Program-made: the position numbers and the translations under genes | The notes under the pieces: model-generated | What the model was told of the DNA's origin: nothing | The model's input: the letters and a program-made list of their open reading frames with translations, nothing else | Database searches by the model: none | DNA from: Felis catus | Taxonomy: Eukaryota | Reading direction: 5' to 3' | Assembly (NCBI RefSeq): GCF_018350175.1 | Contig: NC_058368.1 | Location: 15,626,001 to 15,690,000, forward strand | DNA length: 64,000 nt | Shown: positions 1-14,084 of the stretch, piece by piece | Position numbering within the stretch: position 1 is the first letter of the stretch | How the letters are laid out: each line of letters begins with the position of its first letter

Positions 1-279
1 AGGAATTCATTTACATTTGTTATTAACTGTTAGTTCTCTTACTTACGGTATTGGAGCTTTACTTAATTCCTACAGTGTAAATAAACTTTTATGGTGAAAA
101 AAAATCAGCTTATCCTTTAAATAGGATAGGAGGCATATGAAAGGAGGGAAAGTAATAGGCCAGGAAGTACTGAATTAAAATAAAAGAGATTGAATTTATG
201 TATATGTAAGTATCTATCTCAACATATACTTGCAGATAAATCACTAAAACAATAAGGTTTTTACTTATTTGGGGGTAGA

Positions 280-826
280 TTTATTGCATGTGTCACTACT
301 AGTTTATACCTCCATGTGCTCATAACTTTCACCTTATGGCTTTACAGCTCCTCCCACCAGGAAATTGACTTTATTTACCTATCCCTTAAATCTGAACGAC
401 TGGCCTGTGACTTGTTTTAGCCAATAGAATGCATAAGAAATAATATGCCAACTTTGAGTAGATTTCCAAAGATTTTGAATAGTTGCCCTTGTTCTTTTAG
501 AATCCTACTCAGCTGCCTACTAGCCTAGCCCAGCCTAATTTGCTGGACAAGGAAACACATAGCCCAGGCATCTTAGTTACCAACAGCCTGTAACAGCCAG
601 GCATGTGAGTGAGGCTATGCTAGACTAGCTATCCCCCAGGCGACCTGCCAGCTGACTGTAGATGCATTTGAAATCCCAACCCAAATCAGCCAAACCTAGC
701 CCAGAACTACAGAACCACCCAGCTGACCTGTAGAGTTGTGGGCAATAATAAATGTTTATGACTGTAAGCCACAATGTTTTGGGGCGGTTTGTTACACAGC
801 ATTCTTGAGAGTAGGTAACTGATACA
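280..826 (+). mobile_element. MaLR (MLT1-like) solo LTR
   Basis: Typical MLT1 3' end: aataaatgttt...taagccacaatgttttggggcggtttgttacacagca...taactgataca. Confidence 0.7.
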
Positions 827-832
827 CCTAGC

Positions 833-915
833 TATATAGTTATTGCTGCTTAACAAACCACCCCAAAATCTAGTGGTGTAAAACAACAATTTATTATCTC
901 TCATAGTTCTGTATA
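833..915 (-). mobile_element. MaLR (MLT1-like) LTR 3' fragment, inverted
   Basis: tattgctgcttaacaaaccaccccaaaatctagtggtgtaaaacaacaatttattatctctcatagttctgt is the reverse complement of an MLT1 end. Confidence 0.7.
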
Positions 916-1053
916 GGATTGCTATAGTTTTAAATAGTCGTACAAATACTTTGAAGCTAGGTGTGGCAGGCTGTACTTTCCAAAGATGGCCACAACAAAG
1001 TCTCCCATTCCACATGCTCTTATGTGATGTGGCCCATTAAGGACTGGATTTTA

Positions 1054-1285
1054 GGGGCATCTGGGTGGCTCTTATCAGTTAAGTGTCCAACTCCTGATAC
1101 CGGCTCAGGTCATGATCTCATGGTTCCTAAGATTGAGCCCCGTGTTGGGCTCTGCACTGACAGTGTGGAACCTGCTTGGGATTCTCTCTCCCCCTGCCCT
1201 CTGTCTCTGCCACTATACTGCTTGCATGCACACACACGCACAGCATGTACACACTCTCAAAATAAATATTAAAAAAAAAAAAAAA
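1054..1285 (+). mobile_element. Carnivore SINE (SINEC)
   Basis: GGGGCA..TGGGTGGCTC head, CT-rich region, AATAAA, A-tail; flanking tggatttta repeat. Confidence 0.9.
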
Positions 1286-3079
1286 GAATTGGATTTTATT
1301 TTGCTACCCCCTTGAATCTGGGCAGGCCCTATTCCCACTTTAACAGAATATGGCAGATGTAATGCTATGCTAGTTCAATTGAGACTGGAGGAAAGAGGAC
1401 ACAATAAATACATTTATTTATATAAATATAAATAAGCTTCCAGCTTCTGTGTTCCAACAAAGTCAGAGATCAACTGCCAAGATAGAGTGGGGAGTTGATA
1501 AGAAACTTTAGAAAAAAGGCAAAAGTTGGAAAGACACATTGAAGTCAGTGAGATGGCTAATAGTAGTCGCTTGCTAATAATCCCCTGATAATCTGTTTTT
1601 CCCTTCTTTCACAGTAATAGAATTTTGTGTTGGGAACATCGCCACACAACAAGATAGCTGACTTTCACATGATACCATGCTAAAGAAACCAGACATAAAT
1701 GATGTGTGGATGATTCCATTTATATAAAGTACAAATGCAGGTGACGCTTGCTGTTAGAGTTCAGGCATGGTTAGACTTGGGAGGGGGTAGAACCCAGGAA
1801 GAGGCATGAAGAGGCTGCTGGGGTTCTGGTATTATTATTCTTGCCCTAGATGCCAGGCATGCAAGTGTGTTCTGTTAATGCAAGTTCAGCAAGCTATACG
1901 TTTTATATACATATACATCATATTCACATGATTTTTATGTTTTTCAGTATATTGTATTTCAATCTTTTTAAGTTTTTCCTTTTTTAAGACTATTTATCAG
2001 CTGCTCTTGCATGTGAGTAAATTCTGGCCAAGAAAGTAGAAGCAGAGTGATGTATGCAATGTCCAGTAAGTGCCCTGAAAGAAAGCAGACAGCCCACTTT
2101 CCTTCCTCCATCTTGCGTTAAATGTGGACAAAGCAGCAGATCACCTGTAGGCCAAATGAGGTTAATTCACTGGGGATAAAGGAACAAGATAGAAGGACCC
2201 TCCTTAGATGGCCTCCATCCATGTGGAGGAGCAGAGCCACCACCCTAGCCTGAAACCTCTTGTTTTTGGATGACTACGTGAAAGAAATGGAATATCCTGT
2301 GTCTGCCATGATTATTATGATGTCTCTGTTACATCCAGCCAAACCATATCCTAAATAATACCATGGGTAAAAGGATTGCTGAATAAAGATTTGGAATACT
2401 GAAGCCAGGAATCTGTAATGGCGTTCTGCAGTCCAGCTGTCATGGTAGGAAAAATACGTATTACAGGCTTGATCTCAGATTGATTTAGTGGAAGAGGAGG
2501 ACAAGGAAGTTAGGATACTTTTGAGAGAGTGCTTTCAGTAACAAGATAGAGTTCAGGCTGAGCAGAGGAGAAATGAGAGCAACAAGGAATGGGGTTTTCT
2601 GTGAGATTGCAGAGCCAAATGTCAGAAGAATGAGAGAGCACAAGATACGTAAGCTAGGAAACTAGTGGTATGCATCACGATGGATTAGTGACAGCCCCAG
2701 TGCTATTATGCTCTATAACAACATATGTTTCCATGAATCAAGCTCTTTGAAATCATTAGCTGTAAGACTATTCCCAGGCTCCCACTAGGAGTGTGATTCA
2801 GAGGGATGGATAAACAAGCCTGTAAGATTTAATGACAAATGTCACTCCAGGAAGGCTCACTCCAGGGAGAAACAAAGCGATTTACTTCAGCTCATCAACC
2901 AGCAGCTCTAGAGTATTGCAAAAACTTGCTAAGAAAGTGATCATAAAAGAAAAAAGAAAGAAAACTGTAAAATAGATATCTTGCTTCAGAAGTAGTTAAC
3001 CCGAACTGTGGAGAAAAGACAACCAACCAGATAGCCCTCAAAAGAACCGTCAAAGGTCATATTGTCAAAAATTATCATA

Positions 3080-3280
3080 GGCGCCTGGGTGGCTCAGTTG
3101 GTTAAGCATCCAACTTCATCTCAGGTCATGATCTTGCGGTCTATGAGTTCAAGCCCCGTGTCGGGCTCTGTGCTGACAGCTTGGAGCCTGAACCTGCTTG
3201 GATTGTGTGTCTCCCCTCTATCTGCCTCCTAGTGCCCTGCTTGCACTCTCTCTCTCTCACAAATAAACACATCAAAAAAA
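3080..3280 (+). mobile_element. SINEC
   Basis: ggcgcctgggtggctcagttggttaagc head; CT tract; aataaa. Confidence 0.9.
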
Positions 3281-3565
3281 ATTTTTTTTTTTTAATTATA
3301 AGTCGTCTATAGTCAAAGACTTTATTATGAATAGGCAAATACAAAAGGGTTCTAACTAATCTTACCAAAATTATATGTATTTATACACACATACAAGCTT
3401 GTATACAAAACTGGGAGTTACTTCCATAAAGGAAAACTGGGGCACTGATGGTGTGGAGTAGCAGAATGGGGGGTTCAGTGGTTAGGAGACTATCTTTCAT
3501 CAAAATAATCATTTGAACTGCTTGAATTTTTACTAGTGCATGTATGACCTTTTCAAAAATGTTTT

Positions 3566-3757
3566 ACTTTTTTTTTAAGAGAGATAGTGCAAGCAGGGCA
3601 TGGGGCAGAGAGAGAGAGAGTGAGAGAGAGAATCTTCAGCAGGCTCCATGCTCAGCACAGAGCCCAATGTGGGGCTCAATCCCACAACAGTGAGATCATG
3701 AACTGAGCCAAAATCAAGAGTTGGACGCTCAAATGGACTAAGCCACTCAGGTGCCCC
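3566..3757 (-). mobile_element. SINEC
   Basis: Reverse-complement head agccactcaggtgcccc; TSD caaaaatgtttt. Confidence 0.88.
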
Positions 3758-4074
3758 AAAAATGTTTTTCTTATTACAAACTGAAATGAAAATGCTTTTT
3801 CCTTTGCTTCCTATTTCAGTTTATAGGGAGAATATTTTTAGTAATCTTTATTTCCATATATGTAGCACTTATTTATAGTGTAGTTTCCTAACATCCATTC
3901 TGAAGTCCAGATGTAAACTTCCCTCCTGGAGGTGCATGAAGAAAGTAGATTATAATCTGAAGACAGCATGTCAGAATGATACCAATTCTCTAGCATTTTC
4001 TAAGTTTCAAAAACAACTCTGCCTACTTACTTGATCCTTACAATAATAGTGTGCTCACAACGGTTATTTAAAAA

Positions 4075-4263
4075 AATGTTTTTAATCCTTATTTTTGAGA
4101 GAGAGAGAGAGAGTATGAGGGGGAGGGGAGAGAGACTCAGAAGCAGGCTCCAGGCCCCGAGCCATCAGCACAGAGCCCAATGTGGGGCTGAAATCCACAA
4201 ACCGCGAGATCATGACCCGAGCTGAAGTCCCACACTCAACCGACTAGGCCACCCAGGCACCCC
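4075..4263 (-). mobile_element. SINEC
   Basis: Head ccacccaggcacccc; flanking tcacaa.ggttattt repeat. Confidence 0.88.
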
Positions 4264-6760
4264 TCACAATGGTTATTTTATAGATGAGGAAGCAAGCTTG
4301 CAGAGGTTGTCCCTTGCTCAAGATTGCACAACTAGCAGGATTTAAATCCAGGCCTTCTGATTCCAAGTTACTTACTGCACGCTATTGTAAGTAGTGTGAG
4401 CCACGTACGTAATCATGGTGAGGCCAGTGCTGTTGGAACACAGACTTCACATTTGACAATGGATGTGCTATCATAAATAAATAGAGCCTTTGTACAGTAA
4501 CCCCTTGAGTTTTAGAAGCTTAAAAAAATTATTTACACCCTAATTATATTACTTTTAAAAAGTACTTCCATGTGTTAATTCATTGGAACCTCAGAACATG
4601 GCAAGTATTGTCTCTGTTTTTGGATAAGGAAAGAAACTCAAGAGAAATGACTTATAAAACAAGTCCAACTGTTGGACGCAGAGCCAAGATTTGAACTTAA
4701 ATCTTGTCTCCAAAAATGATGCTCTGTCCACAGTAGCATGTTGTTGCTGAAGTAGAAGCTAACACTTTTAAATGTCTGGTTTCAAACAAGGTAGGCACTT
4801 CAATACATGCTAATTTTTACATTTCTGTATGCACACACATACATAATTTTATATAAATACATCAATGCAATCATATTATGTATACTGAGGATTTGGGGCT
4901 TAGGTTTTCCCTCTTGTTCCATTTTTTGGTTCCCCACCCTCAGTCTTCCATGCACTGCCCAACTTCCACATAAACTAAGTCAACAACCTAGCATGTGGTC
5001 TTTATTTTTTTCTGTTTTATAAATTTTAAACACACATATGTACACCTATAGCAACCATCAGTTACATAAAAATGTAGGCATATAATTCACATCATATATT
5101 ACTTTTTTATGCTCTAGAACCATGTAGATAGAAGTCCCCCTGAGTCACTTCTATAGCTCTGATTCATTGCTTTAGATAGCTGCAGGGCATCTCATGACAG
5201 CAATGTATCATCACATTCTATCATTCCACTGCTGATGGCATTCACCTGGTGTCCAGTTTCCTATCCTTATGGACAATGTTGCATCCCTGGCATGTATCCT
5301 TACGTACTGGTATGTACCGGTGGTTCAATGGCCTTGGAATAGATTCTCATAAATGGGATTATCGGATGGAGGGAAATATATAGATATGTGTTTTCTCTAG
5401 ATATTATTATATTCCACCCCCCCCCAAAAAACACTCTACTAACTGCAAATGTCTACCAGAAATAAAGGAGAATTTCTTTTCTTGTATTTGCCAGCAGGAA
5501 TTATTATTCTTTTTTAACTCTTTCTGAAAAGATATGTACTGGTAATTGTTACATGTACTAGCATTTCCCTGAATAGTAGAAAATTTGAGTACCTTTTCAT
5601 ATATGCTTGTTGGTTATTTAGACTTGCTTCTCCATGAATTGCCTAGTGATATCCTTTGTCTGTTTTTTCATTAGGCTTCCTTTTTCTATTCAATGTGTAA
5701 AAAGTCTGGTGAATATTATAAAAATTAACCCTGTCATTTTTATTCTTTTTTTTTTTTTTTGCAAAACTAAAATATGCCTATTTATTCCTTTAATGGTAAT
5801 TTTTGCCACACAAACTTTCCATTTTTGTATATTTCAACAGATCTGACATTTCTTTTGTGGCTTTTGGGTTTCTAATGTTGGTTTAAAAGATCCAATTTGG
5901 GATCTTTAAAATGACTGTTGATTTATAATATCCTATTTCTTTTTCTAGAATTAGAAAACATAATTAATACAAGTTTTGTCAAATAGTCCTAATTTATTTT
6001 GTGTAACTAATTGACACGGACAATTTAGTATTCTTTTTTATCATTGTGACTCCTTCAATTTCTCATTTTCTTTAGCTTTGAAAATGAATATTAGCATGAC
6101 AACAGATGCTGCTGAATGACACATTTGCCTGTGTTCAGACAGCAATTTATTTTAATGGGCTGAACTGCCTCATTACAGAAAAAAAGTCTGATTAAAATAT
6201 TGCTTTCGTTGAGTTGAAAGTTAACAAATGTTTTTTAAAAACTATTTCAGTGAAGGTATTTGAACTGTTTGTAATTAGATGAGTTGATCTCATCTCCTAT
6301 TCAGGACACAGGCTCCTTTCCTCTATTATCCTCACATATATTACTTCCCCTCCACATAACCATTTGTAAGCACTGGAGACGAACAGTTTTTGTTATCATA
6401 TACTGCAGCAAATAAATCCTTCCTCTTCGTAAGTTTACCCTAATGATACAGAATCACATGCAACCTTTTCTGGTTGAAAAACCACAAAAGAAGTTATGAC
6501 TAGTGAGATTTTCTGTTTTCCTCTCTTACAATTGCACCTTATATCATTTACTGTCCTCAAGTTGGAGACCAAAGTCAACACTAAAAAGATTTTATATCAG
6601 TTGCCTTTGAAAATCTAATAACAAACAGGGTACATTAATAATATTACATTGATATTAAACATTTGCACAAAAATGTATTACTACTTATTATAATTATATA
6701 AAAATACACATACATACCTGAACTTTCCCATGATGTTGATTAGAATCATCTGAGGTGGTT

Positions 6761-6927
6761 GGGGCACCTGGGTGGCTCAGACTCTTGATTTTGGCTCAGG
6801 TCATGATCTCACAGTTTGTGGGATTGAGCCCGCATCAGGCTCTGCACTGACAGCGTGGAACCTGCTTGGGATTCTCTCTCTCCCTCTCTCTGACCACCCC
6901 CCCTCTCATAATAAACATTAAAAAAAA
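6761..6927 (+). mobile_element. SINEC
   Basis: ggggcacctgggtggctcag head; TSD aatcatctgagg. Confidence 0.88.
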
Positions 6928-8269
6928 TCATCTGAGGGGGGATTGTGAGTATAACTGTGACAGCATTATTTCCTTCAGAAAGTGAGGGAACCTGAGTCTT
7001 GAGAAATCAGTATCTTTCTAAGATGACCAAAAGTTGTCTGCCACTGTGAAAACTTAAGTTTGCTTCTAGTAGGGCAGTGCTCAGAGACCCTTGTTTCCAG
7101 GCTCCTGGACTACACTTGCAAAGCTGGCCTTTTCTTTCTAAAAGAGACTTCATGGCATGGACACTCTGCCTTTTGTGCTAATGCTTGGGCCCTTGTATCC
7201 AACTATGTGCCTGAATGAGAAACGCCAAGCATTCCATTCATATTGAGGTACCGTTTTCTCCTCCTTACAGCGAAATGATATTTTGCTATGTTTCCTAGGT
7301 CTCTTCCATTTCTCGTTTACCTCTTTTGTGCCGGCAGCAATCAAAATTGCCCTTGGCTCACTAGTCCCAGATACTTGCTACCTGTAAATAGGGCATAAAG
7401 TCCATCCAATATCTCATTTCTTTAACACTTCCGGCTTTGTTTGCAACTGGAAGATGACTACAGCCCCTGCCCCAGGCCAGGCATCGCCCATTCTGAACGA
7501 GTATGAGAACTTAGAACTGACACACAAGGAGCAAACACTCAGGTGCTCACTGTGGAGAGGAAGGCAGGTGCCTTCTGACCAGCAAGCACCAGGCCCTACC
7601 TGAACTCTTCTAGATGCAAAGTGAAGGTCAGATGCTGGGATCAGCACAATGACTGTGCCATCGCAGCAGCAGCAGGAACAGCAGTGTCCTCAGAAGCCAG
7701 CCCTGCCTGTCTACACTGTACCCTTGCAGGGAAATGTCATAGCTCACCTCTGCTATTAATAATTGGAGGCAGGAATTGATTGTTCTATTTCTAGCAACCA
7801 AAACAGCAAGTCTTTCCACATAGTCTAGGAGAGAAGCGAGGACTTTGAACAGAGATCTCTTAAATAGCTGATGTACTGTCAAAGCAACTCGAGCCAGGAT
7901 AGTGATCAGAACCAAAGTAGCAACTACTCAGTAATAAATTACAGGTGCTTTCAAACAGGCATGCCTGCACTTTGTGAGAAGAAGCCGCTTTCACCTGAAG
8001 CCTCCTGATGAATCCAAGACAAAGATTCATCAACATTGTGAACCTAAGAATGATGGTTATGACCACCGCTTCAGTTATCCAACACGCCACCCCCAACGCA
8101 TAATGGCTTAAATTAACCACCTTTTTGTTGTCATTGCTCGCATGCGGTGGGTTGGCTGAGCTCAGCTGAGGGGTTCTGGTGGTTGGGTCTGGGGTATCTC
8201 ACGGGACTGCATTCAGATGGCAGCAAGGCTGTGACTGCAACACTCAGCGTGGTCTCACAATCCTCCAAG

Positions 8270-8530
8270 GAGCACTGAGCAAACTGACACCCTGCCCTGG
8301 GCCAAAACCAACCCACAGCCTGTTTTTGTACCGCAGCAGGCAAAGAGTAGTTTTCACATTTTTAAATAGTTGAAAGATCAAAAGGAAAAAGTTTCATGAC
8401 ATGTGGAAGTACTGAAATTCAAATTTCAGTGTCCATAAAATTTTATTGGAGCCCAGCCATGCTCATCATTGGCATAATGTTATAGCTGCCTTTGCCCTCC
8501 AATGGCAGAGTTAAGCAGTTGCAACTCTTG
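8270..8530. mobile_element. hAT-Charlie MITE (MER58-like)
   Basis: cagcctgtttttgta...gttttcacatttttaaatagttg...tgaaattcaaatttcagtgtccataaaattttattgga resembles MER58. Confidence 0.6.
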
Positions 8531-8822
8531 GCTGCAACATCAGAATTCCTTGTGCTTCTTTCTAATCTTTACTGAAATTTTACTGAAATTCACATTTTAA
8601 AAATAAATGCTTGGGATAAAAACAATTATAACTGTTTAACTGTCAAAACTACCTTTCTTTGCTACTGCAGTGCGGCTGAATATCTATTTCCAAACCAAAT
8701 CGTGAGCCTCCTCGCATGCCCACCAGCTGGCAACGTGGTCACTGGACATGCAATTGGAGGCTTGCAATTATTTCAAAGAGGAGAAATGAAATACTTGCTG
8801 ATTTTTAAAAGGAAGAACTGGA

Positions 8823-9038
8823 GGGGTGCCTGGGTGGCTCAGTGGGTGAAGCATCCGACTTCAGCTCAGGTCATGATCTTGCAGTTCATGAGTTCAAGCC
8901 CTGTGTCGGGCTCGCAGATGTCAGCACAGAGCCCGTTTCAGATCCTCTGTGTCTCTCTTTCTCTCTGCCCCTCCCCCTCTTGTGCTCACTTGCTCTCTCG
9001 CTCTCAAAAATAAATATTAAAAAATAAAATCAAAAAAA
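8823..9038 (+). mobile_element. SINEC
   Basis: ggggtgcctgggtggctcag head; TSD aagaactgga. Confidence 0.9.
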
Positions 9039-10380
9039 AGAACTGGAAACATTTTTGCCTTTACAATGTAAACTTGAAAGGCCTTTCTAAACAATAGCTA
9101 GATAATGATGAACATGAAGAGATACAATCCTTGCCCTTAAAGAGCTCCCAGTCCAGCAGAAAGTTGGACAAGTAAACAGTGTGGTGCAGGAATTAATAAC
9201 TGACCACTGGTGAACACAACTATGATGGTGGCACAGAGAAGAGACATCCAACCTGGCTTGGGAAGGTCTTGGATGACTTACTAAGGGAACTGATGGGAAG
9301 GAAGTCAAGTTGGATTGGCCCAGAAGCCTTCCCAGGTACCCACCTAGGGCCTGATGGAGATGTCATTGCTTGGTTCCCCAGAAGCCTGTCACAACCGATA
9401 GTGCACTGACCTCATTTGGTGTACTTGTTCATCTTCCTCCACAAACTGGTAAATTCCTTTAAACGCAGAAACTGTGCTGTTTGTCATTGCATCTACAGTG
9501 GCTGACACATAAGAATGATCTGGTAAATAAATATGCAGAGGTTTCTCAGATGATGAAAATATCACCCCTCTAAGACAGGCTAACGTTTACAGACAGTATG
9601 ATAGGTCTATGCCATGGTATATTTAAAAAAATCTGTACTAGTTAGTGTTTGAAATGTCAATACCAAATATTTGATACAGGAACAGGGTCGAGAACCATGA
9701 GGATGCAAAAGCAGACATGATACAATCACTGTCCTCCATAAACTCACAGCTTAAACTGGAGGTCTCATAATCCCCAGAATAGTCTGTCTTTCATCTGTTT
9801 ATAGTTTGGAAGTCCACAAATACCTCTTTTTGAATAAGTAGGGCATTTCTTAAAAAAATAAAGAAGGAAAAAACCTTGATCAAGGATATAAGAAGGCTAA
9901 GCGAAATTTCTTGAGAGATTTATGTATTTCTCTCCCCCCCTCCACCACCCCGCCCTTCCATTTTAAGACTAGAAGGAAATGGAGGGAGTTGAGAATTTCC
10001 TCCTGGATTTTATCTTAGTTTTTCCTCACTAGCCATCTTTAGCACCTTCTTGATCAATGAACAGATGTTTACAATAATAAAGTTATTTCCTATATACCGT
10101 AATATCACTTAATATTTGCCACGATCCAGAAAAAAAGCAATTATGTATATCTTCTCTGAAATTACTACAAAGTATCTTCAAGATTCTATATTTCATGCCA
10201 GTTATCCGAAGATATTTAATTCAAAACCATTACCTAATTTCTCTTATAGTGTGTTGTATTTTAAAAACATCTCATTTTCAAAATAAGATGGCTTAAGATC
10301 ATCTTACGGATCCACACACAGTGACCCTTTTGTGATGTTTGTAGGGAAAAACGAGCCAAAAACATATAGGTACAGTAGTG

Positions 10381-10386
10381 TTTATT
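10381..10386 (-). terminator. Candidate distal poly(A) signal of SMAD9
   Basis: Plus-strand TTTATT = AATAAA on minus; downstream minus-strand sequence ...tatgtttttggctcgtttttcc...ctgtgtgtgg is U/GU-rich. Confidence 0.5.
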
Positions 10387-12369
10387 ATAAACAATCAGGT
10401 AACAGTATAAGTGTGCATTTGAAGGATAATTGGAGCCTAGATATTATGATCAAAAGCATTACTTAAATAGAAATAGTTCCTTTTTTTGTTGGTTTGTGTT
10501 ACATTAATTTGAACTTAATATAGATTATGCCAGGATCCCCTAGTCTTGTCATACAGTTCAACTGCTAAATCATAACGGGGAAGACAAATTTGGAACGCAT
10601 ATTATTTTTTTCTTTAGTTGTTGAATATATATGCCAAGTATCAGGGACACAGTCAAAGTTAAGCAGGTGCTTAAAGTCTAGCAGGTGATATTTATAAGAA
10701 ACTTTTGTTGTTGCTCCTAATCCCTTAGAAGACAATGAAAAGGGGATTCTGAGTGCCAGTGCTAGGTTGTTGTTCAACTTTTCCTGATTTATACAGAGTG
10801 TTAAAAAAAAAAAAAAGGTAAATATGTTGAAAAGTGGTTATCTTTATACTTCCAAAGCACTGGCATATAGTAAAATATCATCTAACTAAAACAAACTTCT
10901 CACATCTCAATTTTTTAACAGGAAAAAAAAAACCCAGAAACAATGGGCTTGAACAACACAACAAATGTTCTGGGTCTTAAGAGCAGGCCACATCGTTGTT
11001 GTTCTCTAATGCACGACCCTTGTCCATGGCAACCTTAAATATGTTTGGCATTGCTACGTCTTAAAATGGCTTAGCATGTCCACTTTGTGAGTTATCCTCT
11101 GAAAGAATGCTCTTAAATTTTTTCTGGATTGTCCATCTCAAGGGACAAATGCTAAATAGCAAACGTGGAAGTCTGAAAGCAAACGTGCATTACAACTTTG
11201 GCTAACTGTTGCCAACAGAAACATTAAAAGGCCAATGAGAATGTGACTGTCAGAGCGACTGAAGGGTTAACTCTTCTGCATTTCACTCGCATCCTAATAC
11301 GGGCTTTTGGTGAGACATGACTGGTGATGATGCAAATGTACCACTTTAATCAAGTGTTTTCTTCAAAGGAATAACACAGGCTCTGTGGAGTATTAAATCC
11401 TGGTTTCCCAAAGCTGCATGAAAATCCAGGTTTGTTTATTTTTTTTAAATGTAACTTATAAGCAACCGGTTACGATTAATTCTGCAAAGGTATAAGGTTA
11501 CCAGAGGATGAGTTTGAGCACTTGTGAAGAGATCAAGAAAGTTATGTTAAATGTCTGGAGCAAAATCCATGTGTACCAAAATCTCATGGAACAGTACTCA
11601 TATGAGGAAGACTCACCATATTAATGCCTCTTCTAAGGAAAGAAATGGGGGAAAACTGGAAAATAGGGAAGTAAGAGAAAACAAACAACTTCGAAGCACT
11701 GAAGAAAAGTAGCATTTATCCCAGGAAGACTTCACCCCTTACCTGATTGCTCAGAAGAGAAGGAAAGTAAGTTTCAAAATAGAGATAATTAAGAAATCAT
11801 CAGTTGTATTTTTTTTAAGCAAAAAGAAAAAAAAAACGATCACAGGTTTTGTTTTGTTTTAAAAGTGAAAATACATGAAGATGTCTACACAGGTTTCCTA
11901 ATAGACTCTCAGCTCCAGAGTCTGGGGCTGTCTCTGGTTTACACTAGATTCCACAGTACCTAACACTGTACCCAGCACATACAGGTGCACAATACATAGG
12001 TGATGAACCAATGAACTACAGGGTTTTCTAAACACTAAATGGACCTAATTTTAACGTAGAATGTACTATTTTCTGTTGCATATATGAAAGTTTCTATTAG
12101 ATAACACTAGTGCTTACAAGAGGTGACAGTAGGAACTCACTCGTATCTTTTTCACAGGATCATTTCTACCTTGAATACAATTTAATGATAAGCAACTACT
12201 GTGTGCTAATGCTAAAAAGACTTGAGATAGAATGTATAAATGAAGAAGCCTCTTGGATTACTGAAGTACCGTCTGTTACAAGCATAATTACCTTCTTAAA
12301 TTATACATTTTTAAGAGGGTGTGAAATATTTTTCGAAGCAGTGCAGTGTTTAGTGGGTGGGATGGGAAT

Positions 12370-12375
<6 letters not shown>

Positions 12376-12416
<41 letters not shown>
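12376..12416. repeat. (TA)~20 microsatellite
   Basis: Perfect alternating TA run preceded by gtgtg. Confidence 0.97.
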
Positions 12417-12420
<4 letters not shown>

Positions 12421-13797
12421 GTACCTAGAAATGTGGGGAATATTCCTCTCTTTACCATCCAAGAGTAACTAAGAATGGGCTTTTAATACCGTATATATAT
12501 TTTAAGCGTCCCACTCTTCGGTACCGCTGTTCCCCAGAGATTATAAGGATTATGAAGTTATCATTCTATTTGTGAAGTTATTTCCAGGTATGAGGTTTCA
12601 GCTTTATAAGAGGCTACCAGATGTGACCAGCAGATCGAGACACTAAGTTAAATAACTCATAAACTTCATCCCAGCAATGTGTCCAGATTTTCTCAAAGGC
12701 TTCACCACTGTTTTAGTCATCTGTAAATAGTATCGGCCAGCGTGTAGGGAAAATGCGGCAAAAGGACTGCCCTCGCCATGAGCCTTTTAATGGGAATATG
12801 AGAAGGTGTAAGTAAACAGAGGATGCTTTTGTCCAACCTTCTTATTTTACTGCAAGAATTCTTCTCCACTCAGGATTTGCACACATGGTCCTCTAGCTCA
12901 CTGTGTGGACTCCAAAGGCAGCCAGGCTGCCTGACTTGAGAAACCAGGAAAATTCAGGGACCCGATTCCCTACATGGAGAGCAAGTGTCTCCCTGGCTGA
13001 TTCTTGGACTAAGTTCTGGTCTTGTTTTGCAGTTTGGGAACAATGCTCAATTCTTGCTATTTTCATATTAACCTTTTCATGCATTAGACTCATTCTGGAT
13101 TTTTTTCACTGGTAGATTATGAGGCAACGTGGCTCCCAGCTTCACAGTTTCTTTTCCAATCACAGTTTAAATTTGTTTCAAATGTACCATTAATATCAGC
13201 ACAATCATCCAGCTATAGGTATTTCAACTTGAGAAATAAAATAATTGATGTGATTTATCTTACATAACTGATTTACAGCTTGGTCTGTTTTTTTTTTTTT
13301 CCTCGCCGATAACACTAAAAGTGAGATTGTTTAAATTATACAGGTTTGACTGCTTTCTTTTGTCTGAAAGTGTTATTTCTCTAGTGCTGCTAGTACCCTG
13401 ACTCTTAATATATAAACAGTTTTGATATTTTTCTGGTAGGCCACCCAACATGCCTTATAATGACACGGCTGACTAAAGCTGCCTTTTATTCTGCCAGCAC
13501 TTTTCAAATACTATTGACACAGTTGCCTTCATTTGTTACCGCCCAGCCCACAAAAGAAGCTGCTTCCTATTATTATACACAGGCACGAAAACCCTGCTTT
13601 TCTAATCACGTTGTACTGGCATCAGGTTTAACTAGAAAGCACAAAACAACTGGTGATAAAAAATATGAATAGTATATATTATATGTATTTACATAAGTAC
13701 TTGGAAACTTGAGTTAGTTGCAAATCTGAAATGATGTAAGCCACTGCCTGCAATAGCATCTATGCTCTAGAAATGTCGACGAAGTCATGACTGACTG

Positions 13798-14075
<278 letters not shown>

Positions 14076-14084
14076 TATGAGAGT

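Larger units (their letters stand above)
10360..13797 (-). other. SMAD9: Probable SMAD9 3'UTR (~3.4 kb)
   Basis: AT-rich stretch downstream of the stop with no carnivore SINEs, ending at a minus-strand AATAAA (10381-10386) followed by U/GU-rich sequence. The distal end is inferred. Confidence 0.55.

Noticed and set aside
1054..1150. tRNA-like A/B boxes
   Set aside because: tRNA-derived SINE heads, not tRNA genes.
7150..8120. Cluster of minus-strand ORFs (64-95 aa) in unique intergenic DNA
   Set aside because: No recognisable domain, non-ATG starts, and no coherent exon structure.
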